Source: Alphaproteobacteria bacterium (GTDB taxonomy: Bacteria > Pseudomonadota > Alphaproteobacteria > Rs-D84 > SZUA-605). Taken from it: 64,000 nucleotides of DNA. The stretch is taken from positions 32,001-96,000 of the forward strand of contig JAVBPW010000001.1 of NCBI GenBank assembly GCA_031549385.1, in the 5' to 3' direction. The position numbers were made by a program, and so were the translations under genes. This document shows positions 34,927 to 45,887 of this stretch, one piece after another. The notes under the pieces were generated by a model that worked only from the letters and a program-made list of their open reading frames with translations, had not been told where the DNA came from and did not search any database. Positions within the stretch are counted from its first letter, which is position 1, and every line of letters begins with the position of its first letter.

Positions 34927-36261
34927 TTATCTAAACCTTCTGTTATTTTGCATCTTTTTCAATACGCTTTCGTATTGGTATGCTAATAACTGGGTTTGTA
35001 TTTGTGTAAAGGTCTTTGTTATAACGTTACACACGATAAGCAATGTTGTTCCACCGAGGTAGAATGGTACAGACATCTTTGTTATCAAAAAGTCTGGAAG
35101 CAAACATATAAATACTAAATATGCTGATCCGAATACTGTTAATCTTGTTAATATAAAATCTAAGTAACTTGCTGTTTGTTCACCAGGTCTTATTCCTGGA
35201 ACAAATCCACCACTTTTCTTTAAATTTTCAGCTGTTTCTGTTGGGTTAAATACCATAGCTGTATAGAAAAATGCAAAGAACACAATTAATCCACCATATA
35301 TTAACATGTAACTCACTGAACCATGTTGTAAATGTTTCAATATCATTTGCAACCATTCTGGACCTTTACCTTGAGCTGTAAATTGAGCTATTGTTGTTAT
35401 TGATCCTAATAATGATGAAGCGAATATTGGAGGTATAACGTCAGCAGTATTTACTTTTAATGGTAAGTATGATGTTTCTGGACGACCAATTTGCATACCT
35501 TGTTTTGGATAATGAAACTGTACTCTTCTTTCTGCACCTTCTACATATGAGATTAATGCTACTACTGCAACTGCAAGTAATAAAATGAAGATTATTGCTA
35601 TTGGTGATAATTGTCCTACTTTTCCAAGTTCTAATGTTTTTAAAACTGATGATGGAAGATTTGCTATAATACCTGTGAAGATGATTAATGATGAACCTTG
35701 ACCAATACCACGTTGTGTGATTTGTTCACCTAACCAAACTACAAACATAGTACCACCTGTTAGAGTTAAGATTGTTGAAAATCTGAAGAATAATCCTGGA
35801 TTTATCACAGCTGGAATTCCATTTTGAACAATTGCTTCTAATCCAACTGCAATACCAAATGCCTGTATCATACAAATTACTAATGTTAAATATCTTGTAT
35901 ATTGATTTATTTTCATGTGTCCAACTGCACCTGATTCTTTAATAGCTTTTAATTCAGGAGATACTGCTGTTAATAATTGCATAATGATAGATGCTGAGAT
36001 GTATGGCATAATATTTAATGCTAGTACAGCCATACGTGATAATGATCCCCCAGAGAACATATCAAACATTCCCAAAAGACCACCTTTATTACTTGTAAAA
36101 AATTCTGTGATTACATTTGCATCTACTCCAGGAATTGGGATAAATGAGCAAATTCTGTAAACAATAAGTGCAAGTAAGGTAAAAATTAACTTTTTCTTTA
36201 AGCTTGTTGCTCTTGATAATGTTTCAAGAGAGAAACCAGCGCGTGTATCTATTCCAGCCAT
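34927..36261 (-). CDS. secY: Preprotein translocase subunit SecY
   Basis: IMPYISASII, WLGEQIT.RGIG, PGIRPG, GGTTLLI. Confidence 0.97.
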   Translation of the reverse strand: MAGIDTRAGFSLETLSRATSLKKKLIFTLLALIVYRICSFIPIPGVDANVITEFFTSNKGGLLGMFDMFSGGSLSRMAVLALNIMPYISASIIMQLLTAVSPELKAIKESGAVGHMKINQYTRYLTLVICMIQAFGIAVGLEAIVQNGIPAVINPGLFFRFSTILTLTGGTMFVVWLGEQITQRGIGQGSSLIIFTGIIANLPSSVLKTLELGKVGQLSPIAIIFILLLAVAVVALISYVEGAERRVQFHYPKQGMQIGRPETSYLPLKVNTADVIPPIFASSLLGSITTIAQFTAQGKGPEWLQMILKHLQHGSVSYMLIYGGLIVFFAFFYTAMVFNPTETAENLKKSGGFVPGIRPGEQTASYLDFILTRLTVFGSAYLVFICLLPDFLITKMSVPFYLGGTTLLIVCNVITKTFTQIQTQLLAYQYESVLKKMQNNRRFR

Positions 36262-36283
36262 TTCTTACCTTCCTTTCCTATTC

Positions 36284-36778
36284 TTATTTCTTTTTTGCAA
36301 CTTTTTTTGAAACTGGTTTTACAACTTCAATAACTGTTACTTTTCCACCAGCTTTTTCAATTTTTGCTTTTGCTTGAGCTGTGATTGCAGAAACTTCTAC
36401 GTTAACTGCAACTTTTAATTCACCATTTGCTAAAATCTTCATTGGATTTGCATTTGATTTTAATAATCCTAATGAGATGAATTCTTTTAAGCTTACTGTA
36501 TCTTTAATTCTTTTGCAATCTGATAGATTTTGAATGTCAGTTAAAGTAATTATTGTATATTGCTTTTTAAAGATTTTATTGTTAAATCCCTTTTTAGGTA
36601 TAACCATGAATATAGGTTTTTGTCCACCAGCAAAGTTGCTTAATCTTACACCTGTTCTTGACTTTTGTCCTTTGTATCCACGACCAGCAGTTTTACCTTT
36701 AGTTGATCCAATTCCACGACCAAGTCTCATTTTTCTGTGATGTGCACCATAATTGCCAGATATTTCATTCAATTTCAT
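36284..36778 (-). CDS. rplO: 50S ribosomal protein L15
   Basis: RLGRGIGS.KGKTAGRG.KGQKSR. Confidence 0.96.
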   Translation of the reverse strand: MKLNEISGNYGAHHRKMRLGRGIGSTKGKTAGRGYKGQKSRTGVRLSNFAGGQKPIFMVIPKKGFNNKIFKKQYTIITLTDIQNLSDCKRIKDTVSLKEFISLGLLKSNANPMKILANGELKVAVNVEVSAITAQAKAKIEKAGGKVTVIEVVKPVSKKVAKKK

Positions 36779-36779
36779 T

Positions 36780-36968
36780 TTATTTTACCTCTTCAACTTT
36801 TGTAAGATGAGCTACTTTTTTTACTTGACCCAATGTTGAGTCTGTTTTTTTGTAAATTTTTGATTTACCAATTCTTCCTAAACCCATAGCTTTTAATGTA
36901 GCTTCTTGAGTTTTATTTCGACCAATTGTTGATCCTGTTTGAGTTACTTTTATCTTTTGTTCTGCCAT
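36780..36968 (-). CDS. rpmD: 50S ribosomal protein L30
   Basis: KVTQTGSTIGR...KVAHL; spc operon position. Confidence 0.93.
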   Translation of the reverse strand: MAEQKIKVTQTGSTIGRNKTQEATLKAMGLGRIGKSKIYKKTDSTLGQVKKVAHLTKVEEVK

Positions 36969-36980
36969 TTCTTAGTCCTC

Positions 36981-37544
36981 TTATTCCTGTACACTTTCAA
37001 CTTTTGTTTTTGGTTCTTTGTTATCTCTTACGCTAACAATTTCAGATATTTTTTTACCACGTCTTTCTGCAACAATCTTTGGAGATTGCACTGTTGATAA
37101 AGCTTTGAATGTAGCTTTTACAATATTATGTGGGTTTGCACTTCCAAGAGATTTTGATACGATATCTGTTATTCCTAATACTTCAAAGATAGCTCTCATT
37201 GGACCACCTGCAATAATTCCAGTTCCTTGTGGAGCAGTTCTTAGTACAACTTTTCCAGCACCATATGTAGATGTAATGTCATGGTGCAATGTTCTTCCTT
37301 GACGAAGTGGAACTTTAATCATAGCTTTTTTAGCAGCTTCAGTTGCTTTTTTTACAGCGTCTGGAACTTCTTTTGCTTTTCCTGTACCATATCCAATATG
37401 ACCTTTTTGATCTCCTACTACAACAATTGCAGAAAAGCCAAAGTTTTTTCCACCTTTAACTACTTTTGCTACTCTGTTGATAGATATCAAACGATCAACT
37501 AAAGCGTCTTCTGTTCTTTCTCTGTTTACTGGATTTTTTGCCAT
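36981..37544 (-). CDS. rpsE: 30S ribosomal protein S5
   Basis: [17 protein letters not shown]. Confidence 0.97.
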   Translation of the reverse strand: MAKNPVNRERTEDALVDRLISINRVAKVVKGGKNFGFSAIVVVGDQKGHIGYGTGKAKEVPDAVKKATEAAKKAMIKVPLRQGRTLHHDITSTYGAGKVVLRTAPQGTGIIAGGPMRAIFEVLGITDIVSKSLGSANPHNIVKATFKALSTVQSPKIVAERRGKKISEIVSVRDNKEPKTKVESVQE

Positions 37545-37563
37545 CTCTTATTTCCTTTTTATA

Positions 37564-37917
37564 TTAAAATTTTAGTCCTGCTTCACGTGCAGCTTCAGCT
37601 AATGCTCTTACTCTTCCATGATATGGATATGCCCCTCTGTCGAAGTATACTTCGCCAATTTTTGCTTTTTTAGCAAGGGCAGCAAGTTGAGTTCCTACTG
37701 TTTTAGCAGCTTCTACATTATATGGTTTGCCTTTAAAATCTTTAGCTCTTGAAGAATAATAAACTAAAGTTTTGCCAGCTACATCGTCGATTATTTGTGC
37801 TTCAATATGTCTGTCTGAACGAAACACTGTTAATCTTAATTTAGAAGGATTTAATTTTTTTAAATTCCAACGATTTTTCTTTTTTCTTTTTAAAAAATCT
37901 AATTTCATATTCTTCAT
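37564..37917 (-). CDS. rplR: 50S ribosomal protein L18
   Basis: RLTVFRS..HIEAQIIDD, FDRG..YHGRV. Confidence 0.96.
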   Translation of the reverse strand: MKNMKLDFLKRKKKNRWNLKKLNPSKLRLTVFRSDRHIEAQIIDDVAGKTLVYYSSRAKDFKGKPYNVEAAKTVGTQLAALAKKAKIGEVYFDRGAYPYHGRVRALAEAAREAGLKF

Positions 37918-37929
37918 TTCATTTTACCT

Positions 37930-38463
37930 TTATTTCTTCTTTCCTTCTTTACGACGGATATATTGTCCTTTTTTGTGTATTCCTTTTCCTTTATAAGGTT
38001 CAGGCTTACGGAATTGTTGTATCTTTGATACTATCAATCCTAGTAATTGTTTGTCTGCAGAAATTAATTTGAATTCTGTTGGTGATTGAATTTCTGCTTT
38101 TACACCTTGTGGTAATTCAAATGTAACATCGTGTGAAAATGCTAAGTTAAGTTGTAGTTTATTTCCTGATAATGCTACTTTATATCCTACACCTTTTAAA
38201 ACAATTTCTTGTTCCCAACCAGTTGAAACACCTTTGTTAGCATTTGAAATCAATGAACGTAGTGTTCCCCACATTGTTCTTGCTTCTTGTGTTTGTACTA
38301 ATGGTGACAATATGATTTTATTATCAACTTTTTCAACTTTTACTTTATCTGAAGTAGGTATTGTTTGTTGACCTAATTTTCCTTTAACAATAATTTCTTT
38401 AGGAGTTAGGTTTATTTCTACACCTTCATTTAATATAACTGGTTGTTTTCCCAAACGTGACAT
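37930..38463 (-). CDS. rplF: 50S ribosomal protein L6
   Basis: MSRLGK.P, PEPYKGKGI. Confidence 0.97.
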   Translation of the reverse strand: MSRLGKQPVILNEGVEINLTPKEIIVKGKLGQQTIPTSDKVKVEKVDNKIILSPLVQTQEARTMWGTLRSLISNANKGVSTGWEQEIVLKGVGYKVALSGNKLQLNLAFSHDVTFELPQGVKAEIQSPTEFKLISADKQLLGLIVSKIQQFRKPEPYKGKGIHKKGQYIRRKEGKKK

Positions 38464-38475
38464 CTTTTTCTTCCT

Positions 38476-38871
38476 TTAAAATACGTTACACAAAATTTCG
38501 CCGCCAAGTCCAAGTTTCTTTGCATTAGCATCTGTCATAACTCCTTTTGAAGTTGTAACAATTGCAACACCTAACCCATTATGAACTGATGGAATTTTTG
38601 TTGTTTGACTATATACTCTTCTTCCTGGTTTTGAAATACGAGAAATTTCTTGAATTACACCCGCACCATTAAAGTACTTTGGGTATATTTTCAAATCTGA
38701 AATTCCAGCTTTCTTTGATACTACTTCATAGTCTTCAATGAAACCTTCTTCTTTCAAAACTTTTAGCAAGTTTTCTTTTAATTTTGAAAATGGTGCTAAT
38801 ATAAATTCTTTTTTAGCTGATTGACCATTTTTTATTCTTGCTATTAAATCACCTATTGGATCTGTTATCAT
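38476..38871 (-). CDS. rpsH: 30S ribosomal protein S8
   Basis: DPIGDLIARIKN, SKPGRRVY, GGE. Confidence 0.97.
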   Translation of the reverse strand: MITDPIGDLIARIKNGQSAKKEFILAPFSKLKENLLKVLKEEGFIEDYEVVSKKAGISDLKIYPKYFNGAGVIQEISRISKPGRRVYSQTTKIPSVHNGLGVAIVTTSKGVMTDANAKKLGLGGEILCNVF

Positions 38872-38892
38872 TTTCTTATTCCTTTTATTATA

Positions 38893-39198
38893 TTACCAAC
38901 TTGATTTACGAACACCTGGAATTTTTCCATTACTTGCTAGTTCGCGGATTTGTATACGGCATAATTTGAACTTAGAATATACACCCTTAGATCTTCCTGT
39001 CAATTGACAGAAATTATGCAAACGGTTTTTAGCAGAACTTCTTGGTAATTTTGCAAGTTTCAATTGTGCTGCAAAAATATCTTCTGGTTTTGCATTTTTA
39101 TCTCTTGCTATTTTTAACAATGCAGTTCTTTTAGCATCATACTGTTTTACAAGCTTTCTTCTTTTTTGATCTCTTTCTAACATACAAGCTCTTGCCAT
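38893..39198 (-). CDS. rpsN: 30S ribosomal protein S14 (long form)
   Basis: [13 protein letters not shown]. Confidence 0.96.
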   Translation of the reverse strand: MARACMLERDQKRRKLVKQYDAKRTALLKIARDKNAKPEDIFAAQLKLAKLPRSSAKNRLHNFCQLTGRSKGVYSKFKLCRIQIRELASNGKIPGVRKSSW

Positions 39199-39207
39199 AA
39201 TTTCTCC

Positions 39208-39759
39208 TTAGTTATAAAACGGAAAGTTAAAGTGAGTTAATAACGCTTTACCTTCTTCATTTGTTTTTGCTGTTGTACATATTATTACATCCATACCACG
39301 AATAGCATCCATTTTATCGAAGTCTATTTCTGTGAAGATGATTTGTTCTTTAATTCCAAATGCATAATTTCCTGCACCATCAAAACTTTTTGCGTTTAAT
39401 CCACGGAAGTCTCTTACTCTTGGAAGAGCTACGTTGATTAACTTATCTAAAAAGTCATACATTCTTTTCTTTCTTAGAGTTACTTTAACTCCAATTGGCA
39501 TTCCTTCACGTAATTTAAATGAAGCAATAGATTTTTTTGCACGTGCTGTTACTGGCTTTTGACCTGAAATTGCAATCATATCTTTTTCAGCTGCATCAAT
39601 CTTTTTCTTATCAAGAACAGCTTCACCAACTCCCATATTTAAAACTATTTTTTCTAGTTTTGGAATTTGTAAATCATTTGCATAACCAAATTGCTTTTTT
39701 AATTCAGCTCTTATGGTTTTTTCATATAATTCTTGCAATCTTGCCTTTTCCATTTTCAT
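39208..39759 (-). CDS. rplE: 50S ribosomal protein L5
   Basis: [24 protein letters not shown]. Confidence 0.97.
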   Translation of the reverse strand: MKMEKARLQELYEKTIRAELKKQFGYANDLQIPKLEKIVLNMGVGEAVLDKKKIDAAEKDMIAISGQKPVTARAKKSIASFKLREGMPIGVKVTLRKKRMYDFLDKLINVALPRVRDFRGLNAKSFDGAGNYAFGIKEQIIFTEIDFDKMDAIRGMDVIICTTAKTNEEGKALLTHFNFPFYN

Positions 39760-39770
39760 TTTCCTTTATC

Positions 39771-40076
39771 TTATATAACTTCGCCAGTTCTTTTTGAAAC
39801 GCGAACTTTTTTGCCATCTTTTTGTGTTTTGTAAGCTATTCTTGTTGCTTTTCCATCTTTTGGATCAATTAAAGAAACATTAGACACATGTATTGGAAGT
39901 GCTTTTTCTACAATTCCTGGAGCTTGTGTTTGTGTTGCTTTTTGATGTTTTTTTACAACATTTACACCTTCTACTAACACTTGGTTATCTTGAGGAAGAG
40001 CTTTTAAAACTTTTCCTTTTTTACCTTTATCTTTTCCTGTTAGAATAACAACTAAATCATCTTTCTTTATTTTCAT
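39771..40076 (-). CDS. rplX: 50S ribosomal protein L24
   Basis: [19 protein letters not shown]. Confidence 0.97.
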   Translation of the reverse strand: MKIKKDDLVVILTGKDKGKKGKVLKALPQDNQVLVEGVNVVKKHQKATQTQAPGIVEKALPIHVSNVSLIDPKDGKATRIAYKTQKDGKKVRVSKRTGEVI

Positions 40077-40087
40077 TTTTTAATCCT

Positions 40088-40459
40088 TTATATCACTTCT
40101 GGTGCTAGAGATATGATTTTTGTAAAATCTTTATTACGTAATTCTCTTGCTACTGGTCCAAAAATACGAGTTCCTAAAGGTTCTTTATTTGTTGGATTGA
40201 TTAACACAACTGCGTTTTTATCAAAACGAATTGTTGAACCATCAGCACGTTTTACAGATTGTTTTGTTCTTACAATAACTGCTTTTTTAACTTCACCTTT
40301 TTTTACTTTTCCTTTTGGAATAGCTGTTTTGATAGATACTACGATAATATCTCCAAGGGAAGCAAATCTTCTTTTTGATCCGCCCAATACTTTAACACAT
40401 TGTACTGATCTTGCACCTGAGTTATCTGCTACTTCTAATACTGTTTGCATTTGTATCAT
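40088..40459 (-). CDS. rplN: 50S ribosomal protein L14
   Basis: [21 protein letters not shown]. Confidence 0.97.
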   Translation of the reverse strand: MIQMQTVLEVADNSGARSVQCVKVLGGSKRRFASLGDIIVVSIKTAIPKGKVKKGEVKKAVIVRTKQSVKRADGSTIRFDKNAVVLINPTNKEPLGTRIFGPVARELRNKDFTKIISLAPEVI

Positions 40460-40464
40460 AGTTT

Positions 40465-40713
40465 TTACGCCTTTTTATTTGATGGTTTCTTTATTACTTC
40501 AAAACTTTTTGTTTTTGAAATAGGTTTACATTCTTGGATGAACACTTTGTCACCTACTTGTGCTTCATTCTTTTCATCATGAGCATGGTATTTTTTATTG
40601 CTTTTTACAATCTTTTTATACAATGGGTGAGCAAAACGTCTTTCAACATTTACTACTATTGTTTTATCCATTTTTGTACTTACAACTTCACCTTGTAATA
40701 TTCTTCTAGGCAT
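40465..40713 (-). CDS. rpsQ: 30S ribosomal protein S17
   Basis: [20 protein letters not shown]. Confidence 0.97.
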   Translation of the reverse strand: MPRRILQGEVVSTKMDKTIVVNVERRFAHPLYKKIVKSNKKYHAHDEKNEAQVGDKVFIQECKPISKTKSFEVIKKPSNKKA

Positions 40714-40913
40714 TATTTGCCTCCTTTATTTAAAGCAGTTTTAACTTGTGCAATGTTCTTTCTTGTTTTTCTTATAGAACTTGTATCTTTTAATTGTCCT
40801 GAATGAGCTTGAAATCTCAAGTTCATCATATCTTTTTTCAAATCCATCAACTTTGTAGTTAATACTGACTTTGATGAAGTTTGTAATTTTGCTTGTTCGT
40901 CTTTTTTCAACAT
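40713..40913 (-). CDS. rpmC: 50S ribosomal protein L29
   Basis: [17 protein letters not shown]. Confidence 0.93.
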   Translation of the reverse strand: MLKKDEQAKLQTSSKSVLTTKLMDLKKDMMNLRFQAHSGQLKDTSSIRKTRKNIAQVKTALNKGGK

Positions 40914-40914
40914 T

Positions 40915-41328
40915 TTATTCCCCTAGTCTTTCTACAAATTTAGATTTGATTGGTAATTTTGCTGCAGCTAGCGCTAATGCTTCTTCTGCTACTTCTCTTT
41001 TTACACCGTCGATTTCAAATAAAATCTTTCCTGGATGTACACGACATGCCCAAAATTCTACTGCACCTTTTCCTTTACCCATACGAACTTCAGCTGGTTT
41101 CTTTGAAACTGGAACATCTGGAAATATTCTTATCCATACTTTACCTTGACGTTTCATAAATTTTGTCATAGCACGACGAGCAGCTTCAATTTGACGAGCA
41201 GTAACTCTTTCTGGTTGCATCGCTTTTAATCCAAATTGACCAAATGATAGTGTAAACCCACCTTTTGCATCCCCATGGATACGACCTTTATGTGCTTTAC
41301 GAAATTTTGTTTTTTTTGGCTGTAACAT
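40915..41328 (-). CDS. rplP: 50S ribosomal protein L16
   Basis: MLQPK, QIEAAR, RMGKGKG. Confidence 0.97.
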   Translation of the reverse strand: MLQPKKTKFRKAHKGRIHGDAKGGFTLSFGQFGLKAMQPERVTARQIEAARRAMTKFMKRQGKVWIRIFPDVPVSKKPAEVRMGKGKGAVEFWACRVHPGKILFEIDGVKREVAEEALALAAAKLPIKSKFVERLGE

Positions 41329-41342
41329 TTACTTATCCTCTT

Positions 41343-42002
41343 TTATTTTTCTTCAACTTTTTTCGCAGTTTGTTTTTTATCTTCTTCTGGTTGTCTGTAA
41401 ATCCAAACTTTAACACCAATAATTCCATATGCAGTTTGTGCTTTTGCAAGTGCATAGTCTACGTCTGCACGTAATGTATGTAGAGGAATTGAACCTTCAC
41501 GGTATTCTTCTGATCTTGCAATTTCAGCACCACCAAGACGACCTGATACACGTGCACGAATTCCAAGAGCACCCATTTTTAATGTGCTTTGCATAGCTTT
41601 TTTCATTGCACGTCTGTATGAAATTCTTTTTTCAAGTTGTTGTGCAATACTTTGTGCAGTTAAATTTGCATCAAGTTCTGGTTTTCTTACTTCTAATATA
41701 TTTAATGACACTTCTGATTTTGTCATTGATTGTAATAATTTTTTTAACTTTTCAATATCTTCACCTTTTTTACCAATGATAACACCTGGACGTGAAGCGT
41801 GAATTGTTATAATAGCTCTTTTTGAAGGACGTTCTATTGTTACTTCTGCAATTCCTGCTGCTTTTAATTTCTTTTCAATAAATTCTCTTATTTTGATATC
41901 TTCTAATAATAAATCAGCATAGTCTTTTTTTGCAAACCAACGAGAAGACCAACTTTTATTTATTAATAATCTAAAACCAATAGGATTTACTTTTTGTCCC
42001 AT
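41343..42002 (-). CDS. rpsC: 30S ribosomal protein S3
   Basis: [29 protein letters not shown]. Confidence 0.97.
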   Translation of the reverse strand: MGQKVNPIGFRLLINKSWSSRWFAKKDYADLLLEDIKIREFIEKKLKAAGIAEVTIERPSKRAIITIHASRPGVIIGKKGEDIEKLKKLLQSMTKSEVSLNILEVRKPELDANLTAQSIAQQLEKRISYRRAMKKAMQSTLKMGALGIRARVSGRLGGAEIARSEEYREGSIPLHTLRADVDYALAKAQTAYGIIGVKVWIYRQPEEDKKQTAKKVEEK

Positions 42003-42003
42003 A

Positions 42004-42444
42004 TTATGCTTCCTTCTTTACTTTTGTTTCTTTTTTTGCAGCAACTTTTTTAGGAGCTGCTTTTTCTTTTTTTTCACCAGCTTCTTGTTCTTCAACAATT
42101 ACTGTTAAATTTGAGAATGGACGTAGTATTTTAAAAGCTCTTCCCTTTTGACGTGGACGGAATCTTTTTAATACCATAGCTTTTCCAACATAACATTCTG
42201 ATACAACTAATTTATCAGCGTCTAAACCTTGATTGTTTGTTGCATTTGCTATTGCTGATAGAACAGCTTTTTTAACATCAATTGCACTTCTTTTTGGTGA
42301 GAATGTTAAATAATTAAGAGCTTTTGCAACTGGCATCTTTCTGATTGCTGCTGCAACTAAGTTTAATTTTTGTGGAGATGTTGTTAACATTCCAACGTAT
42401 GCTCTTGTCTGTTTTTCTGTTAATCCATATCTTTGTTTTGACAT
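42004..42444 (-). CDS. rplV: 50S ribosomal protein L22
   Basis: [25 protein letters not shown]. Confidence 0.96.
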   Translation of the reverse strand: MSKQRYGLTEKQTRAYVGMLTTSPQKLNLVAAAIRKMPVAKALNYLTFSPKRSAIDVKKAVLSAIANATNNQGLDADKLVVSECYVGKAMVLKRFRPRQKGRAFKILRPFSNLTVIVEEQEAGEKKEKAAPKKVAAKKETKVKKEA

Positions 42445-42460
42445 ATTATTCTACCTTTTC

Positions 42461-42769
42461 TTATTTCTTTGCTGCTGGCTTTTGAGCTGGTTTTGCAGCT
42501 GCTTTTTTATCTGTACCACTATGTCCTGGGAATGTGCGAGTCGGTGCAAATTCACCAAGTTTTGATCCAATCATTTCTGGAACGATTAATACAGGAATAA
42601 ATTTATTTCCATTATGAACTGCTATTGTTAACCCTTCCATTTGTGGTAATATAACAGATCCACGAGACCAAGTTTTAAGTGGCTTTCTGTCATTTGTTTC
42701 ATTTGCTTTTTTTATTTTCTTAAGCAATGAAGGGTGAACATATGGGCCTTTCCAAATTGAACGTGACAT
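42461..42769 (-). CDS. rpsS: 30S ribosomal protein S19
   Basis: [18 protein letters not shown]. Confidence 0.97.
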   Translation of the reverse strand: MSRSIWKGPYVHPSLLKKIKKANETNDRKPLKTWSRGSVILPQMEGLTIAVHNGNKFIPVLIVPEMIGSKLGEFAPTRTFPGHSGTDKKAAAKPAQKPAAKK

Positions 42770-42783
42770 TAATTACTCCTTTA

Positions 42784-43617
42784 TTATTTTTTCTTAGCTT
42801 GGTGACGAGTTCTAAGAATAAAATTATTCGTTCTTTTATTTGTTCTTGTTTTCTTTCCACGTAAACCTTTACCTGTACGAGAAACTGGATGTTTACCAAA
42901 GTTTCTACCTTCACCTCCACCAAGAGGGTGGTCTACTGGATTCATAGCTGTTCCACGTACATGTGGACGTTTTCCTAACCAACGGTTACGACCAGCTTTT
43001 CCTAATTTTATGTTTCTGTTGTCTGCATTTGATAATGCACCAATTGTTGCAAAACATTCTGAATTTACTAATCTTAATTCACCTGATGCTAATTTTAATT
43101 GAACATGACCAACTTCTTTTCCAATTAATTGAGCATATGCTCCTGCTGATCTTGCTACCGTTCCGCCAGCTGCTGGTGATAATTCAATATTATGAACTAA
43201 TGTTCCAATTGGCATATTTTTTAATTTCATAGCATTTCCAACTTTGATATCAGCTTTTTCTGCAGATACAACTTTTTGGCCAATTTCTAATTTTTGTGGT
43301 GCTAAGATATATGCTTTTTCACCATCTTCATAAGAAATCAATGCAATATATGCAGTTCTGTTTGGATCGTATTCTATTCTTTCTACTAATCCTGGAATGT
43401 TGAATTTTTGTCTTTTAAAATCAACTAAACGATAAAGTCTTTTATGTCTTCCACCTGTATTGATTGAAGTATTGTGACCTTTATTATTTCTTCCACCAGT
43501 TCTGCTTAAACCAACTGTCAATTTTTTATATGGCTTACCTTTATGCAACTGAGAACGGTCAACTAAAACTACGTTTCGTTGTCCTGCTGTTGTTGGATTT
43601 AATTTTCTTAATGCCAT
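42784..43617 (-). CDS. rplB: 50S ribosomal protein L2
   Basis: [22 protein letters not shown]. Confidence 0.97.
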   Translation of the reverse strand: MALRKLNPTTAGQRNVVLVDRSQLHKGKPYKKLTVGLSRTGGRNNKGHNTSINTGGRHKRLYRLVDFKRQKFNIPGLVERIEYDPNRTAYIALISYEDGEKAYILAPQKLEIGQKVVSAEKADIKVGNAMKLKNMPIGTLVHNIELSPAAGGTVARSAGAYAQLIGKEVGHVQLKLASGELRLVNSECFATIGALSNADNRNIKLGKAGRNRWLGKRPHVRGTAMNPVDHPLGGGEGRNFGKHPVSRTGKGLRGKKTRTNKRTNNFILRTRHQAKKK

Positions 43618-43634
43618 CTTTCTTTTCCTTTATC

Positions 43635-43958
43635 TTATATATTTGTAAAATCTATATTTTGTCCATCAATCAAAGTAACATAAGCTTTTTTTGCATTGCT
43701 TCTTGCCCCTAATACTCCACGGAATTTTTTAGATTTTCCTTCAATATTTACTATATTTACTGACTTCACTTGAGTTTTATATAAAGTCTCTATTGCAGTT
43801 TTTACATCTTGTTTTGTTGCTTTTGGATCAACACAAAATACAACTTTTCCATCTTGTGCAACAAATGTAGACTTTTCTGTTATGACAGGTTTTTTAATAA
43901 TGTCATACATCCAAGCTTTTATTTCTTTTTTATCTGTATTTTTTGCAACTTTAGCCAT
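43635..43958 (-). CDS. rplW: 50S ribosomal protein L23
   Basis: PVITEKS, KKAYVTL. Confidence 0.96.
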   Translation of the reverse strand: MAKVAKNTDKKEIKAWMYDIIKKPVITEKSTFVAQDGKVVFCVDPKATKQDVKTAIETLYKTQVKSVNIVNIEGKSKKFRGVLGARSNAKKAYVTLIDGQNIDFTNI

Positions 43959-43969
43959 ATCTTAATCCT

Positions 43970-44593
43970 TTATTTCTCAAATCTTTTTTCTACAGCTTCC
44001 AACCCTTGTTTTGTTATAACAAGTGTATTGTGATTTAATATGCTATATACATTTAAACCAATAGCTGGAATTATATCCATATGTTTTACATTTGATATTG
44101 CTTTTGTGAAATTTTCATCAAAAGTATTTTCACCTACAAATAATGCTGATTTTAAATTTAATCCTTTTAGCATTTTTGATAAATCTTTTGTTTTGTCTGT
44201 TTTTAATTTTTCACTATCTAATATCACTAATTGTTTTTCAGCTTGCTTTGAAGATAAAGCCATCTTTAATCCCAATGCACGAAATTTTTTTGTTAAATTG
44301 TAACCATGATCACGAACAACTGGCCCAAATATTCTTGCACCACCACGCATTTGTGGAGAACGTAATGAACCTTGTCTTGCATTACCTGTTCCTTTTTGTG
44401 CAAATGGTTTTCTTGTTGTTCCACTTATTTCAGAAATACCTTTTGTTTTATGATTTCCTGATCTTGCTTTATCAAGTTGCCATTGTACAATACGATGTAA
44501 AATATCTTTTCTTGGATCGATTCCAAAAATTTCTTTTTTCAAATCAACTGAACCAACTACTTTATTATCAAAATTAACTATATCATGTTTCAT
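43970..44593 (-). CDS. rplD: 50S ribosomal protein L4
   Basis: KPFAQKGTGNARQGS, GGARIFGP. Confidence 0.97.
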   Translation of the reverse strand: MKHDIVNFDNKVVGSVDLKKEIFGIDPRKDILHRIVQWQLDKARSGNHKTKGISEISGTTRKPFAQKGTGNARQGSLRSPQMRGGARIFGPVVRDHGYNLTKKFRALGLKMALSSKQAEKQLVILDSEKLKTDKTKDLSKMLKGLNLKSALFVGENTFDENFTKAISNVKHMDIIPAIGLNVYSILNHNTLVITKQGLEAVEKRFEK

Positions 44594-44595
44594 AA

Positions 44596-45327
44596 TTATT
44601 CCCCTTGATTCTCAACTTGTACTTCAGCTGGTTTTGATTTTGTTGTTTCAATTACACCTGCTGGAAAAGGCACACCTGCTGGTAATTCTTTTTTAACAGC
44701 GTCTTTGATTAATACAAATGCTCCTTTATGACCAGGAACAGCACCTTTTACAATTAATAAACCATTTTCTAAATCTGCTTCAATTACTTCTAAGTTTTGA
44801 ATAGTTACTCTTTCAACACCTAAGTGACCAGCCATTTTCTTATTTTTAAATGTCTTTCCACCACCTTGTCTTGTACCAGTTGATCCATGAGAACGATGAG
44901 CTTTTTTCACACCGTGTGATGCTTCAAGTCCTGCAAAGTTCCATCTTTTCATAGGACCTGCAAAACCTTTACCAATTGTTACACCTATTACATCTACAAA
45001 TTGTCCTTTAATAAAATGTGCCGGAGACAATTGTGTTCCGACAGCTAGCATACAATCTGGAGATACTCTGAATTCAACCACTTTTTGTGCTGGTTTTAAA
45101 TCATTCTTTTTATATAGACCTGCCTCAGGTTTATTTACTCTTGATTCTTTCTTTTCACCAAAACCTAAACATACAGCTTGATAACCATCTTTATCCATGT
45201 CTTTTACATTAACAACACGATTGCTATCAATTTGTATTACAGTAACAGGTACTTGATGGTCGGAACCTTCAAATACTCTTGTCATGCCTACTTTTTTTCC
45301 AATTAATCCTGAACGCATATTATCCAT
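44596..45327 (-). CDS. rplC: 50S ribosomal protein L3
   Basis: KVGMT, GKGFAGPMKRWNF, KKMAGH. Confidence 0.97.
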   Translation of the reverse strand: MDNMRSGLIGKKVGMTRVFEGSDHQVPVTVIQIDSNRVVNVKDMDKDGYQAVCLGFGEKKESRVNKPEAGLYKKNDLKPAQKVVEFRVSPDCMLAVGTQLSPAHFIKGQFVDVIGVTIGKGFAGPMKRWNFAGLEASHGVKKAHRSHGSTGTRQGGGKTFKNKKMAGHLGVERVTIQNLEVIEADLENGLLIVKGAVPGHKGAFVLIKDAVKKELPAGVPFPAGVIETTKSKPAEVQVENQGE

Positions 45328-45331
45328 CCCT

Positions 45332-45640
45332 TTACAATTCTATTTTTACATCCACACCTGCAGGAAGAACTATCTTCATAAGAGCGTCTACGGTTTGTGG
45401 GGTTGGTTCAACTATATCTAATAATCTTTTGTGAGTTCTTATTTCAAACTGTTCACGTGCTTTTTTATCAATATGTGGACCTCTGTTTACTGTTAATCTT
45501 TCTATCTTTGTTGGGATAGAAATTGGCCCTTGAATTTTTGCACCAGTTCTTTTTGCTGTGTTAACTATTTCAATAACTGCAGCATCCACACCTTTGTGGT
45601 CGAAAGCTTTTAAACGAATACGAATATTAGAATTTACCAT
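45332..45640 (-). CDS. rpsJ: 30S ribosomal protein S10
   Basis: [21 protein letters not shown]. Confidence 0.97.
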   Translation of the reverse strand: MVNSNIRIRLKAFDHKGVDAAVIEIVNTAKRTGAKIQGPISIPTKIERLTVNRGPHIDKKAREQFEIRTHKRLLDIVEPTPQTVDALMKIVLPAGVDVKIEL

Positions 45641-45844
45641 TTTAATTCCTATTTTATTTTTTCAAATTTTTCTTTTTTATTTTTAAATCAACAGTTTGAG
45701 AGATTTTTATTTATTTTTTAAAATATCAAACTTTTGTTGATAAGACTAGCTATACCGCTGAGTCTTGTAAAACCTGCACAAAGAATAAAGTATTTCTTTT
45801 TATATTGCAAGCGAAAACTTTCGTTTTCTTTACTTTTTAAGCAT

Positions 45845-45879
45845 AAAAAAACTTTTGGAATTTTTATTCCAAAAGTTTT
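45845..45879 (-). terminator. fusA terminator separating the str and S10 operons
   Basis: AAAACTTTTGGAAT/ATTCCAAAAGTTTT 14 bp stem. Confidence 0.75.
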
Positions 45880-45887
45880 GTTATATT

